A DNA stretch of 64,000 nucleotides from Octopus vulgaris (GCA_951406725.2 OX597829.1:49538001-49602000); one strand, 5' to 3'; shown: positions 40,035-53,756, numbered from the stretch's first letter. The notes: a model not told the origin generated them from the letters alone. Made by a program: numbers and translations.

Positions 40035-40586
40035 GTGTGCGTGCGTGTGTTTGCGCGTATGCATCAACATGAACAATAATAAAATAATACTCATGTCTTT
40101 TTGATAGATTTTATTAATGACTGTTGAATAAAAATGATGCACTCAAGAATTCAAAATCGAATTATGAGATTGTTCAGGGGGTCATGGAGAATTATAACGG
40201 TCCTGTTTTTTCTTCAACCTATAAACCTGCGGAGTTGAGGAGCAGCGGCAAAAAAAGGTTTCCTTCGTGTAATTAATGCGACGAGACTCAGACAGGCTGA
40301 GACAATTTTCCTTGAAATTATAACGTTGAAAGGATTCAAGACGTCGTAGTGGGATTTAAAAAAAAAAAAATAATTATTGGTTGAAATTTAAGTTTTTAAG
40401 TTAACTGCCGGGGGTGGAGAGGAAATATATATTTGGAAATTACTCTGAAAAAAGGAAAACAAAAAGCTAAACTGAGAAACGAACAATTTAAATTGTAAAA
40501 AAAAAAAAAAAGTTTAAAATTAAACTGTGAAAAAAAAGAACAGAAATTGAATTACGAAACGATAAAAAAATTAAATTGCGAAAATA

Positions 40587-41321
40587 AGGAGGGGGAGGAG
40601 GAGAAGAAGAAGAAGAAGAAGAAGAAGAAGAAGAAGAAGAAGAAGAAGAAGAAGAAGAAGAAGAAGAAGAAGAAGGAGGAGGAGGAGGAGGAGGGAGGAG
40701 GAGGAGGAGAAGGAGGAGGAGAAGAAGGAGGAGGAGAAGAAGAAGGAGGAGGAGGAGAAGAAGGAGGAGGAGGAGAAGAAGGAGAAGAAGGAGAAGAAGG
40801 AGAAGAAGAAGAAGATGGAGGAGGAGGAGAAGAAGGAGAAGAAGGAGAAGAAGAAGAAGGAGGAGGAGGAGGAGAAGAAGAAGAAGAAGAAGAAGAAGAA
40901 GAAGAAGGAGGAGGAGAAGAAGAAGAAGGAGGAGGAGAAGAAGAAGAAGGAGAAGGAGGAGGAGAAGAAGAAGAAGAAGGAGGAGGAGAAGTAGAAGGAG
41001 AAGGAGGAGGAGAAGTAGAAGGAGAAGGAGGAGGAGGAGGAGAAGAAGAAGAAGAAGAAGGAGGAGGAGGAGAAGAAGAAGAAGAAGAAGAAGAAGGAGG
41101 AAGAGGAGGAGGAAAAGAAGAAGGAGGAGGAGGAGAAGAAGAAGAAGAAGAAGAAGAAGGAGGAGGAGGAGGAAAAGAAGAAGGAGTAGGAGGAGGAGGA
41201 GAAGAAGAAGAAGAAGAAGAAGAAGAAGAAGAAGAAGAAGAAGAAGAAGAAGAAGAAGAAGAAGAAGAAGAAGAAGAAGAAGAAGAAGAAGAAGAAGAAG
41301 AAGAAGAAGAAGAAGAAGAAG
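40587..41321. repeat. (GAA/GGA)n polypurine trinucleotide tract
   Basis: Direct inspection. Confidence 0.97.
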
Positions 41322-42022
41322 ACGCACAGACAGACCAACAGACAGAGCAGCCATACATAAACTCATTACTGATGGCGGAATACTCTGAAACTGCTAATAA
41401 TGACTCGTTGTCTACCATCTTTTTTTTTAATGAAATCTGCAGTGCAAAATCATTAATGATGATCTGCGTCGGCAAAAGTTATTTAATGTATTTCGTTTAT
41501 TTAAATGAGTTTGTGTGCAGGCGGGAAGGAAGAATCTCGACGTTTCGAGTAATAGGCCTTCATCGGATGACAGAAAGTATTATCGTCTTAACAGCATTTC
41601 AAGTCTCTAGAAAAAATTCGCTTGACACCCAACCCGCTAAAAGCAGAGCCATAGTATATATAGATTAGTATTGAAGCCCTACAACCGTGGGCCCCCCCGA
41701 GAACTATCCAATGTGTCAATATCATGAGGAGGTATGGGTGAAAGAACGTTTATTTATTTATTTTTTATCATATTTTTCTCTGACTAAGATCGTTTCGATC
41801 GAAACAGAAAGACGTTCGTCTTGCCACGAAATACAAGCGTATTCCAAATCGCAAATTTTACTAAACAAAAAATTTGAAAGTCGGCCAACCAAAGTAGAAA
41901 TAAGTAAATAAATAGAATACTTCAAGAATTTATAAATATCACAACAAGCAATAATTGAATGCTTGATGGAACAAGACTGCACGATGTTGTGTATTCTACA
42001 GGAAGATTCGCTACTACAACTT

Positions 42023-42089
<67 letters not shown>

Positions 42090-42121
42090 TTTCTCTTTCT
42101 ATGTGCATGAGAATATATGTG

Positions 42122-42171
<50 letters not shown>

Positions 42172-42373
42172 TATATACATACATATATACACATATATAC
42201 ATACATATATATACATATATATATATGTATGCATGTATACTTATATACTATATATATTTATATATATATATTTATATTTACACATTCATATATATACAAA
42301 TAAAAATATATACCTATATATATATATTATATATATATATATATAAATGCATATCTCTATATATATGTGCATA

Positions 42374-42528
<155 letters not shown>

Positions 42529-42549
42529 TATATATATAATATATATATA

Positions 42550-42811
42550 ATCAATATAATTCAAGAAAAATTCAAGAAAGATTTTCTGCAACCAGCGGTC
42601 AAGTGAGAAAGTAGAAATAGTCACAGACTATATAATATATTCAACAATAATATTAAGGAATGACCCTGACAGGCCGTTCAACTCACTTGAAAAGAGCAGC
42701 TAAACTCAAACCGCAAAATAGTAGTTTTATTTCTCCTTTAGTTTCAGAATTACTACTATTTTGCGGTTTGAGTTTAGCTGCTCTTTTCAAGTCAGGGTCA
42801 TTCCTTAATAT
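42550..42811. mobile_element. Fold-back element in long (TA)n: left tail, arms 42650-42725 / 42752-42811
   Basis: Right arm lacks 16 nt (AGGCCGTTCAACTCAC); same family as 14735-14940. Confidence 0.85.
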
Positions 42812-42824
42812 AATATATATATAT

Positions 42825-43070
<246 letters not shown>

Positions 43071-43175
43071 CTCGCTTAGCCAGCGGGGTGGCGACATCCG
43101 AAGGCTAAAACAATGCGAACGCATTGTGACCAGCGATGTGTAGCAACATCTGATGTTCTGGTCGGTCACGTGATT

Positions 43176-43219
<44 letters not shown>

Positions 43220-43864
43220 ATGTATATATAAATATGAATGTATATATTATATATAGACAGACACATATCTATAATACATACCAATATATATATATATATA
43301 TATATATATTGTATGTACTATAGATATATATGCATGTATGTGTATATATATATATATGTGTGTGTGTGTGTGGTGTGGATATATAGTTAGATATACACAT
43401 ATATACACACATGTATATAAACACACATACATACATATATATATACATATATGCAGAGACTAATATGTAAATGTATATATACATACATATATATATGTGT
43501 GTGTGTATCTGTGTGTATCTGTGTGTATACATATATATACATATACACATATGTGTTTTTTCTTTGTGTGTGCGTGTGTGGTGCGTGTGTGTGTATTTGG
43601 CTGTCTTTTGCTCCGTCTACCAATAGAGTCATTTGATATTTTATGCCACAGGAATTTGTTGAGACATGTTGGGATTGCTTTGGAATCGGATATTTCTTCA
43701 GACAAACACAACCTGAGAAAATGGTTTACACTTGAAAATCGTTAGACAGGAAAATATGTTTTTTTTCATTTGTTGTGTAAATGTTTATATTCGCCAAACT
43801 ACTCGCTATTTGCCGGGTTTAGTTATAATTCAATCATGCTAATAATCCTAGGTGTCTGTGTGAA

Positions 43865-43983
<119 letters not shown>

Positions 43984-44070
43984 AAACAAATACATACATG
44001 TATATATATATATATATATGGAGGTAGAATAGATAAACAGACAGACAGACAGACAGACAGATAGACGGAC

Positions 44071-44144
<74 letters not shown>

Positions 44145-44474
44145 TTAGATAGATAGATAGATAGATAGATAACTTTCTTTTATTAGCCACACAGGGCTGA
44201 ATACAGAGGGGACAAATACAAATGCAGAGCTTTTCTTTTCGAGGGTGGAGAAAAAAGAAAATAAATGTAAGATTGCGATCAAAAGGGATCGAGAGGAGGA
44301 AAAAAAGAAAAAAAAGGAAATCGTGTATCACAGAAATAATGATATAAACATTGATATAACAAAGTTGGGTTCATCCGTGGGAAGAAAAGCCTACAGAAAA
44401 GACCACGAGAACCCCAGTCAGGGAGGAAATAACCACATGAGATCAAAATGCTCTCTTTCTTTCTTTTTTACGAT

Positions 44475-47400
44475 CTACAGGATCATGCTCAAAATGGTTT
44501 CGTTACTAGCACGCACCATCTTTGCAACATTCACCCATCTTTTTTTGAATCTTTCGCGAGACAAAACTTCCCTCTCCATTCTCACCTTCCTTTTCAAGTG
44601 GTACTTGAAAAAGTTGATGAGCGATTGGCCAGAGAGGTAAGTGTTTGTCTCTAATCCTTTCGCTCGAGTCCACCACACACATTCTTTCACCATGGCCACC
44701 AGTACGATGAAAACTGCCTTGATTTCCCGGTTGAGGGAAGGGGGCGGAGCAATTTTCACGATAGACTCGGCCGATAGGCGGATTCGTCCCACACGTGACA
44801 GCAGCCGTTCGGCATAAGCCCACAGGTCGGAAATGGTTGGACAGTGCACGAGTGCGTGCAGAACGGTTTCGTCGCTCTGACCGCATCTCGGGCAAGTCGG
44901 TCCAGTGTGTCTGGAACCGTGTCTGTAGAGCTTATCCCGAACAGGTAATGCTTCTCGATAGCACTGCCAGGCCAGGGATCTTTGGTGATTGTTCATAGGT
45001 CCCGGCCCGAAAGTTGTCCTGAACAGGCGGGTCAGGTGTTCCTCGTCGACGCCCAGACTCTGCCCGAGTTCGTCGTCGCACCTCCCCTCCACTAATCCTC
45101 TATAGAATGCCTTTGTTGTGATGGAGTCGCACAAGTTCGATCCCGGACGGCAGAGTTGCTTGAGAGCAACGCGACACTCACGGTGCCATTCGCCTAGCCT
45201 CGGTCTCTGCTTGATCCATGACTGTAGTTCGTCCAAGGAGACGAGCTGCGGGAAAGCGCGCCGCACAAAAGGCGACCACACCTGTTCACCGTTGTCTATG
45301 AAGCGCCGGAGATGTCGCAGTCTCAGCGCATGTCTGCGCATCATCAACCACGGCATGCCCAGCCCTCCATTTAGCGGGTGTTGGCAGCAAATGGATCGCC
45401 TAACCATCGGAACGTTTCCCTTCCACAAGAAGCGAAAGAGTATACGTTCCAGTTTGGTGATGGTAGGGTTGGGACAAGGCACGACGGTCAGACGATACTC
45501 GATGACGGATGCGATGTACGCGTTCGCCACCTCTGCCCGACCTTTTAGGGATAGCTTTCTCTCAGCCCATTTCTGGGTGAGAGTAGCCACCCTAGTCGTT
45601 ATCTCGCCCCAGTTCTTCTCCATTTGGAGGTCCGGACCGAACCAGACCCCGAGCAATTTAACCGGTCCGTCCGTCCAGCGTCCCACGATGGAGACGCTGT
45701 TGGACGGCATGGGCTTGCTTCTCCAGGTGCCGAGCCGCAAGCCCACTGACTTTTCCCGGTTAATTTTTGCTCCCGTTACCGCTTCGTATTCTTTTAGTGT
45801 CTCGCCGACCAGCTCGATGTGCTCGTAGCTCGACACTATGACGGTGACGTCATCTGCGTATGCAGACACGCTCCTCCCGCATCCCAGCTCTCGTGGGATG
45901 CCCCTCAGCGTCGCTAGTTTCCGCAGTAGTGGCTCAAGAGTCAGTACATACAGCAGCGATGAGAGGGGGCATCCCTGACGAACCGAACGCATGATGTTAA
46001 AAGGTCTGGATAGATGACCATTTACGCGAACTACTGAGCGGATGCCTCTGTATAAGGCAGCGATCCAACCGCGGAAAACTGGACCGAAACCAGCCGCTTT
46101 AAGGACAGCCTCCAAGTAGTGATGGTCTACCCTATCGAAGGCTTTTGATTGATCCAAATTGATCAGCGCCCCACCCATGCCAGGATTTTTAACTACCCTG
46201 TCTATGATGTAGCGCATCAGATGGAGGTTGTCATGAATACTTCTACCCGGCACGGCGCATGTTTGTGCCTTGTCGATTAGTTTCTTGATGACAAGCGCCA
46301 ACCTCTCGGCTAACACCTTGGCCAAAATTTTCAAATCTGCGTTGAGCAGAGTGATGGGCCTGAAATTATCTATGACGTCCCCCTTGTTTGGGTCTTTCTT
46401 AATCAGTGCCACTGCTCCTCGCTTTACAAAAGCAGGAATACTCCCGTTCTGCTGCCAGTTGCAGTAGACAGCTGCCAAGACGCCTCCAAACAAGTCTGGC
46501 ATATGAAAATAAAGTTCGTAGGGCAGACCATCCAAGCCTGGTGACTTGTCTCTCGCGCAGCCTACCATCGCATCCTGTACGTCCGCAGCTGTGATAGGCT
46601 TTTCACAAGACTCCACTTCCCTTGCTGAGAGTCGTGGCAAGGCATGCAGGTAGGCACTAAAGTCCACTCTGCTTTCTGACTCACCACTTGTCCCAAACAG
46701 TTGGGTGAAGTGTTGTTGAAAAACCCCACACATCCTTTTAGGCTCGAGCAATTCGCGCCCCTGTTCATCTATAAGAAACTTGATGGTGGCTCTGTTGCCT
46801 CGTTGCGTCTCCACCACTCGGGCCTCTTGGGCGGCTCCAACTCCTTCGTTCCTCAGAGCACGCATCCTAGCTCTGACAACGCACCCCTCGTGTTTGGCGT
46901 TGAGGTGTTGGTCGAGGGCCAATCTCGCCGCCAGCACGTTGGACGCGATGCCAGTTCTAAGTGCCTCTTCTAAAACCTTAACTAATTCTCCCTCTATTCT
47001 ATTTCGGTCTAATGCTAGGGCTCTACTGTATCTGACTGATTCTGCTTTAATCGCTTTTTTTAGGGCATACCACCATCTGTTGTTGATGATGGTACCCGTC
47101 AATGCTCTCTTAACTAATGTGCTGATCCGGTCCCTGTAAACCTGTCGTGCTGTAAAAGACGCGTTCAGTTTCCAGTAACCAGGACCCTGCCTATGTGTTT
47201 TATCTAAGTCAAGTGTACAAGTCACAAACTTGTGATCTGTGTAACTGACTATATGAAATTGTGGACAACCTACACTATTTTTATCTATTGTCCTACAGAA
47301 TACTCTATCTAAGTATGGTCTGGACGACCCGATGCGGTTACTCCATGTCCACATTGGCACATTCGGGTGGTCCAGTCGGTACCTGTCAGACAGTTGGAAA

Positions 47401-47912
47401 CGTCTGAGCAGGTCTTTGAGGCATTTGCATCCCCTTCTATTGCTATCTCTGCCCACGTAGTCTAGATGCGTGTCCAGGGTGGCATTCCAATCCCCCACTT
47501 AAAGTAAAGGACGAGACGTTCCCATGAAAGACTCTAGACGTCGAAAGAAATCTGGTCGGCCTGTTAAGGACGGAGCATAAACTGCTATCAGTCGAAAAGC
47601 ACACTCATTGCTGCCATCGACATCCAAAACGACCAACCTACCCTCCGGGTCTAGGAAATTTGCTCTTACTTTGAGATCCAGACTCTTCCGGATAAGCACC
47701 GCGGTGCCACCTCCGCCCATTCTCGGTAGACACGGAGAAAAATAAATGTTGAAATGTGTACCGAAAATGTGCTGGAGTGCCCGCAAGCTGTGGAGTCTGG
47801 TCTCACTGATGGCTATGATATTCAGATTTAGTGACTTGATGTCATTTAACAGGTAGCCTTGTTTCCAAGGCGACCCCAAGCCACGTACATTTATACTACC
47901 TATTCTGAGCAT
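44475..47912 (-). pseudogene. LINE ORF2 (APE endonuclease + RT + C-terminal Cys domain), single in-frame TAA at 47499-47501
   Basis: SINVRGL, ISETR, GDWN, LDRV, TDH; PGLDG, FRPITLLNAD, LDQSKAFDRV, RQGCPLS, YADD; CPRC...H...C. Confidence 0.93.
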
Positions 47913-47952
47913 GTTCCGATAAAAGTGCAAAAAAGGAAAGAGAGAGAAAAGG

Positions 47953-50146
47953 TTACTTGTTTTTCGAAAGTTCTTTGTCTTTCACCTCACGGTCTTCTTC
48001 TATGAGGCTTTTGTACAGTTTTTTCGATGAGTACTTTTGAAATCTCCCTACTGCATCAGGGTAAAGAGATTTCAGGGTGCTGTATGTGTTCTGTGTCACG
48101 TGTATTATTTTAATGTGTTGTGGTGGTGTTGTGTGTGGGTGGTTACTTGTTTTTATGTCGTTTTCAGTAATGTTAGTGTTTGACCTAATGTGTTCCATTA
48201 GGTCGTGGTTGTTTGTGTTTATGGCTATCAACATTGTTGGGGGGTTTGATGATGGTGTGTTTGTGTTGATGTGTGTGTTTTCTGTGGATGTTTTTGTTTC
48301 GGGAGTGGTGTATCTTCCCGCTTTGTTTGTTATTTTTTCTTTTCTTTTTTTCCCCTTTTTCTTCTCCCCCCTGTGGCTATTTGCCAATCTTCCGTGTCTT
48401 CTTCGTCTAATGACAAATCAGACGAATCGGAGCCTGGAAGAGGGAAAATATTGGGGTCTATTGTCGACTGTGTTGATTTTGTTGTTGGTGTTGGTTGGTG
48501 AGCGTTTGGTTATGGTGTATGCGGTTTTGGAGGTGGGGTTTGGGTATTTTGTGTTTGAGTGATTGTAGGTATTGTTGTGTTGTTTGGGGTCTCAATTTTG
48601 TGGAGATTTGGAGTTGTAATTGTTTCTTCATTTTTGCTGGGTGTCTTTTTGGCAGATGTCCTTGGTTTGGGAGTTGGTATATTCTTGGTTGTTGTTGTTG
48701 GTGATGCTGCTTCTGTTCTTGGTGCTGCAGTTGGTGTGGTTGTTTGTTTGGTGAGGTTTGTTCCTGCAAAAAGTGGTGTGGGTAGTAAACCTTGTTTATT
48801 TGTTTTTGTTTCCGGCTGCTGTTGTTGTTGCTGTTGTTTTCTTGCGGCAGATTTGCAGTCTTTTTTTAGGTGTTGCTCACTGCCGCATATGTAGCAAAGT
48901 GGTCTTCTGCCATCGACGACCACATATAACTTGTGGTCGTCTGATACACATATCTGGGTGGGTATTTTTTTTATATCTTCATGATGTATATGTAGAAGAA
49001 ATTCTACTTTTTTCCCACCCAGTTTTTATGCTCTGTGACCGTGGTTTCCAAAATAGTAAAATTCGTCATTTTTACGCATAAGGCCTTTACAAGCCATAGA
49101 TTATTGGCTATTTTGGGGACATTGTTTAAAGTGATCTTAGTCACTTTCTGTCCCCGATAGCTTGGTGTAAGTTGGAGTTCATCTGAGTGAAGAGTTAGCG
49201 TTGAGAAACGTCTAGCTAACTCTTCGGTGTAGAAAACAACTTGTATGTGGGCAAATTTGTTCCACCAGGTTACATATTCTTTGTGATTCCAGATGGGTTT
49301 CAAGCACTTCTCTATTTTGCTTGTGTTAGCCTTCTCTGGGCTTTTTGTTTTTTTGTTAACTATTTTATAAATGATTGTTCGTCTTTTTTCATCTTCCAAA
49401 ATGTCTTCTGGTATGTTTATCTTCACTATACCATCTGATTCTGTTATTTTAATGTTCGTGTCCTGTATTTGTTGAGCCGTAAAATATATTGTTGTTTTTT
49501 TTTCTTTAATCGCCTCAGCGAAATTTGTTGTTGTTTTGTTATTGTTGTTGCTTGTGGTGATGTTGTTGTTGGCTGCAGTTTGTAAAATTGGTGTGTTTGG
49601 TTCGATTGTGTAAGTAGGAAGGGGTGGAAAATTATTTTCGTAATTTATTCCTGTACTCAAGCAGCTTTTGTCAATTTGTTTGGTAGCTACAGATTTTTGT
49701 TTATTCACTTCAGTTCTTGTTGTTGGAGTGAAACAGGTCTGAACGGAATTGTTGTTGTTGTTATTGTTGTTTTTGTTGGTGGTGGTGGTGTCAGTGGCAG
49801 AAGAGGCAGCCGAGGCAGCAGATGTCGAAATGGTGGCGCAATTTTTATTTTTGCTGTCATTGTTATTGTTGCTGTTGGTAGTTGAGGTAGTGGATGAGGT
49901 GGCGGCGGTGGTGGTGGTGGTGGTTGTGAAGGCGGTGGTGGCAACAGTAGAAGTGTCTATGTTGTTCTTGCTAGTGGCGGTGTTGGTGACAATGCTGTTA
50001 CTACACGTAGTAGTAACGTTCAATGCACATTCATTCATAATTTTACGTCGCACGCAAAATTCTTTTTCTCCTAGCGTTTCCAGTCTAGGAGAAATCTGGT
50101 CGATAGAGGAACGCGACCATTGTTCCACGATAAAATTTCTAGACAT
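47953..50146 (-). pseudogene. LINE ORF1 (gag-like, zinc knuckle), frameshifted
   Basis: ORF pieces 49004-50146, 48510-48923 (CYICGSEQHLKKDC) and 47953-48387; a break in an A-run near 49010. Confidence 0.8.
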
Positions 50147-50349
50147 TTTCTAATGTCGAGAATAAAATTACAGAAATGAAATAGGGTCGAAACTGCCCCT
50201 AGGGGCGAATTCCTCCCTTGGAACAGCACTCAAACGAAAGTTGGGTGCCTTACACAACTTATTCACAAAAATTTACACAAAAATTGGACTATAAATAGTC
50301 AAAATAAACAATTACCTTCGGAGTCGAAGAGATTCACGTCCATAGACAG

Positions 50350-50446
<97 letters not shown>

Positions 50447-50447
50447 T

Positions 50448-50484
<37 letters not shown>

Positions 50485-51018
50485 TGGCGTGTGTGCGTGT
50501 GTGTGAGCATACCTTCTGATGATAATAAACCCTACAAGAGAAAGAAACAGCCCCCCTGTATATATTTACGTTCGAGTTTATATTTATAAAGTAAATCGGT
50601 CGATAAACTGGAATTCATTCCGTCATTCCGTTGCAGCTCAGTTCTCTGCCATGAATGCTTTCGATTAGTTTTGCCTGCCGTTGGAGTTCAGCGTGGATTA
50701 TAACGTTAAAGGCCCCACTTAACCCAGTGCCAGACAGACACACTCATGAGTGTCTTTGAGTGGAAGTATTTTGTGTGTGTCTGTATGTGTGTATGTGTCT
50801 GTATATTTTTAATATGATCTTGTCTTGGCAGCAGTGTTTTTTTTTTCTTTGTTTTTTCTTCTTTTTTCATTTTTTGTTTTTTTCGTTTGCATTATTATGA
50901 AGAAAGAGTAACTGTTGCCTCAATTAAACCCCCCAATAGTTGACTGGTATTTTATTTTGTCGATCCTGAAAGTCTGAAAGACTAAGTCAATTTCAGTGGG
51001 GTTTTGAGCTCTGAAAAG

Positions 51019-51615
51019 TAGAGAGAGAGGGAGAGAGAGAGGGGGGGAACGAAAGAAAGAGAGGGAGAGTGTTCGTGTGTGAGAGAGAGTGTGTGTGAGA
51101 GAAAGACAGAGAGAGAGAAAGAGAGGAAGGGAGAGAGAGAAAGAGAGGAAAGGAGAGAGAAAGAGAGAGGAAGGGAGAGAGAGGAAGAGAGAGAGAGGAA
51201 GGGAGAAAGAGAAAGAGAGGGATGGAGAGAGATAAAGAGAGAGGAAGGGAGAGAGGAAAAAGAGAGGAAGGGAGAGAGAGAAAAAGAGAGAGGAAGAGAG
51301 AGAGAAAGGGAGAGGGAGAAAGAGAAGAAGGGAGAAAGAGAAAGAGAGAGATGGAGAGAGAGAAAGAGAGAGGAAGTGAGAGAGAGAAAGAGAGAGGAAG
51401 GGAAAGAGAGAAAGAGAGAGGAAGGGAGAGAGAGAAAGAGAGAGGAAGGGAGAGAGAGAAAGAGAGGAAGGGAGAGAGAGAAAGAGAGAAAGAGAGAGGA
51501 AGGGAGAGAGAGAGAAAGAGAGAGGAATAGAGAGAGAGAAAGAGAGGAAAGGAGAGAGAGAAAGAGAGGAAGGGAGAGAGAGTGTGAGTGTGAGAGAGAC
51601 AGACAGACAGAGAGA
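51019..51615. repeat. Compound (GA)n/GGAA polypurine tract
   Basis: Direct inspection. Confidence 0.95.
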
Positions 51616-52012
51616 TGCAACACTAAATAACGCACAAGTAGCATTTTGTCCGGCGTCCTCACGATTCTGTCCACAAGTAAACCGCCCCCTCTGCAAAAAC
51701 CGGAATACGAAGGCAATTTGACTTGATGACATTAGCAAACCACGCGCCTCTCAGTTACAAAAACATTACGAAATGCATTATTAATTATTGCCGCTTGTCC
51801 TCCCTAAACACTTGACATCTTCCTATAATAATAAAAAACAACAACATTGATATAAAAAGAGAGATAGACATTTTAAAAAAGCAATAAGGATCTTGATGAG
51901 GAATCATTCTGTGTCTCTTTTTTCGTAGCAACTGATTATAAAGTTGATTTCCAAAGGCAAAAAAAAAAGAGATATTTCATATTATAAAGTCTGGTACGTA
52001 TATGGGACTAAT

Positions 52013-52404
52013 TGTGGAGGCGCAATGGCCTAGTGGTTAGGGCAGCGGACTCGCGGTCATAGGATCGCTGTTTCGATTCCCAGACCGGGCGTTGTGAGTG
52101 TTTATTGAGCGAAAACACCTAAAAGCTCCACGAGGCTCCGGCAGGGGATGGTGGTGATCCCTGCTGTACTCCTTCACCACAAACCTTCTCTCACTCTTAC
52201 TTCCTGTTTTCTGTTGTACCTGTATTTCAAAAGGGCCGGCCTTGTCACTCTCTGTGTCACGCTGAATATCCCCGAGAACTGCGTTAAGGGTACACGTGTC
52301 TGTGGAGTGCTCAGCCACTTACACGTTAATTTCACGAGCATGCTGTTCCGTTGATTCGATTCAATCGGAACCCTCATCGTCGTAACCGACGGAGTGCTTC
52401 CATC
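52013..52404 (+). mobile_element. tRNA-derived SINE family C, full length
   Basis: TGGCCTAGTGG A-box, GTTTCGATTCC B-box; TSD ATGGGACTAAT (52002-52012 / 52405-52415). Confidence 0.93.
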
Positions 52405-53487
52405 ATGGGACTAATCAGGCAATCCTAACTAAATAAGCAAGCGGTAGACGAGAATTATATTGTTCTTTCGGACAGATAGTAGCTTCTTCTAATCTTTTGC
52501 AAAGCCAATTATGCCACTAACGACCTTGTTTGTTTGTTCTTTTTTCTTTTTTTTTTCTCTTCGATATTCTTTCTTTTGGTTCGTTATAATTCTATTTACG
52601 TACTTATTATTTTTCACAATTTAATTACCTGCCAAAAATAAAAGTGAAAAATCAACCAGAGAAAATATAAATAGAGACATGGTTGGTTTTTGTTTTATTC
52701 ACCAAATAAGATTTAAAAAGAATTAAAAAAAGAGAAAAAATGTACTTTTTTTTTAAATATCTAAACTAAATCTTCTCGGTTGTCATTAGTAACAACATTG
52801 ATTAAACCAGATTATTCAGCATACAATATTTTGACTGTCTGTCTTCTGTTTGATGTGACACTTTCAAAAATATTCTTATCAATTATATAAAAGAAAATAT
52901 TTCCTGTGTGACAAAAAACAGCAATGACGTCATTATATTTAACCGAAATATTCTCGATAACCCGAGGGGACTCGAAATTAGCAGTTAATCAAATGGGCAA
53001 CAAGCTTCCCTTTTGGGCACGTTGTGAGTTCACGTTAGGTCGGACCAGGTGTCAAAGGAGCGATATGAGGAGTCCTAGATGTTTATAGGAGTCGAGATTT
53101 CTCTTATGAAAAAAATTTTAAAACTAGACACAACTTCGTCAGTGATAAATGTGGCAAAAGAAATAAATGAGATACTTACTCATACCCATGGAAGAAGCAA
53201 ACACGAAGGGAGGGCTCTTATGAGCTAACCCTGAAATCGGTCCGATATGGTAATAATGGAATTTTTTAGAAATTTCTGTCGACCTTTTTTCGAGTAGCGT
53301 GCATATTGTGAAAAAATGATATGGTTAATGGACAATATGTCCAATTTTTCGGCATATTTGGCATTAGAAATTTTTTCGTTTGCCCTTATTTATGAACTAT
53401 ATAAAATTTAACCTTTAAAGGTATTTTTAATATGCTGGCCATTGATAAAAAATTTTTCGGAAAAGAAAAAAAAAATTATCCTACATT

Positions 53488-53547
<60 letters not shown>

Positions 53548-53550
<3 letters not shown>

Positions 53551-53690
53551 ATTAATCAGCCGAAATTGCTAGGATGATCCGGTTCTTGACTGAAGATTGA
53601 AGGCTTCTAATGTCCCGTCCGTGTTTTTTGTATCGTCTTCCAAATGTTTTACGTTCTTGTCCCAGTTTGTATTTTTCTACATATAATATA
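53548..53690 (+). mobile_element. (TA)n-embedded element beginning inside a permuted hammerhead-like motif
   Basis: AAGA-TTAATCAGCC-GAA-ATTGC-...-TCTTGA-CTGAAGA-TTGA; downstream resembles 11100-11240. Confidence 0.55.
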
Positions 53691-53756
53691 TATATATACA
53701 TACCTGCATTTTTTTTTTCCTCTGTCTTCCCTTCTCTGGATCTTTCCTTCTCCTAT

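Larger units (their letters stand above)
44172..50345 (-). mobile_element. Near full-length L1/Tx1-clade LINE inserted in (GATA)n
   Basis: 5' UTR starting ATGGACGTG, ORF1 with CCHC, ORF2 APE-RT-Cys, AATAAA + (TATC)n; (GATA)n on both flanks. Confidence 0.93.

Noticed and set aside
38429-40142. Long ORFs of MYVC/HTYI repeats (also YI, CV, ER repeats elsewhere)
   Set aside because: Translations of stop-free microsatellites, not genes.
41535-41570. Minus-strand hammerhead-like CCGATGA..GAAACGTC
   Set aside because: Stems I and II pair poorly; possibly a decayed motif but not supportable.
40488-41668. 373-aa Glu/Gly-rich ORF and antisense poly-L/S/F ORFs
   Set aside because: Product of the (GAA/GGA)n tract; no domain and no splice context.
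50470-51800. Host exons or promoter in unique stretches (also 6900-7100, 40150-40420)
   Set aside because: No recognisable protein motif or convincing splice pattern; short exons cannot be excluded without RNA-seq.
52019-52090. tRNA gene (also heads at 860, 2400-2460, 5920, 55380-55450, 63625)
   Set aside because: The acceptor stem does not close, and the head continues into a SINE body (TSDs visible for the full family C copies).
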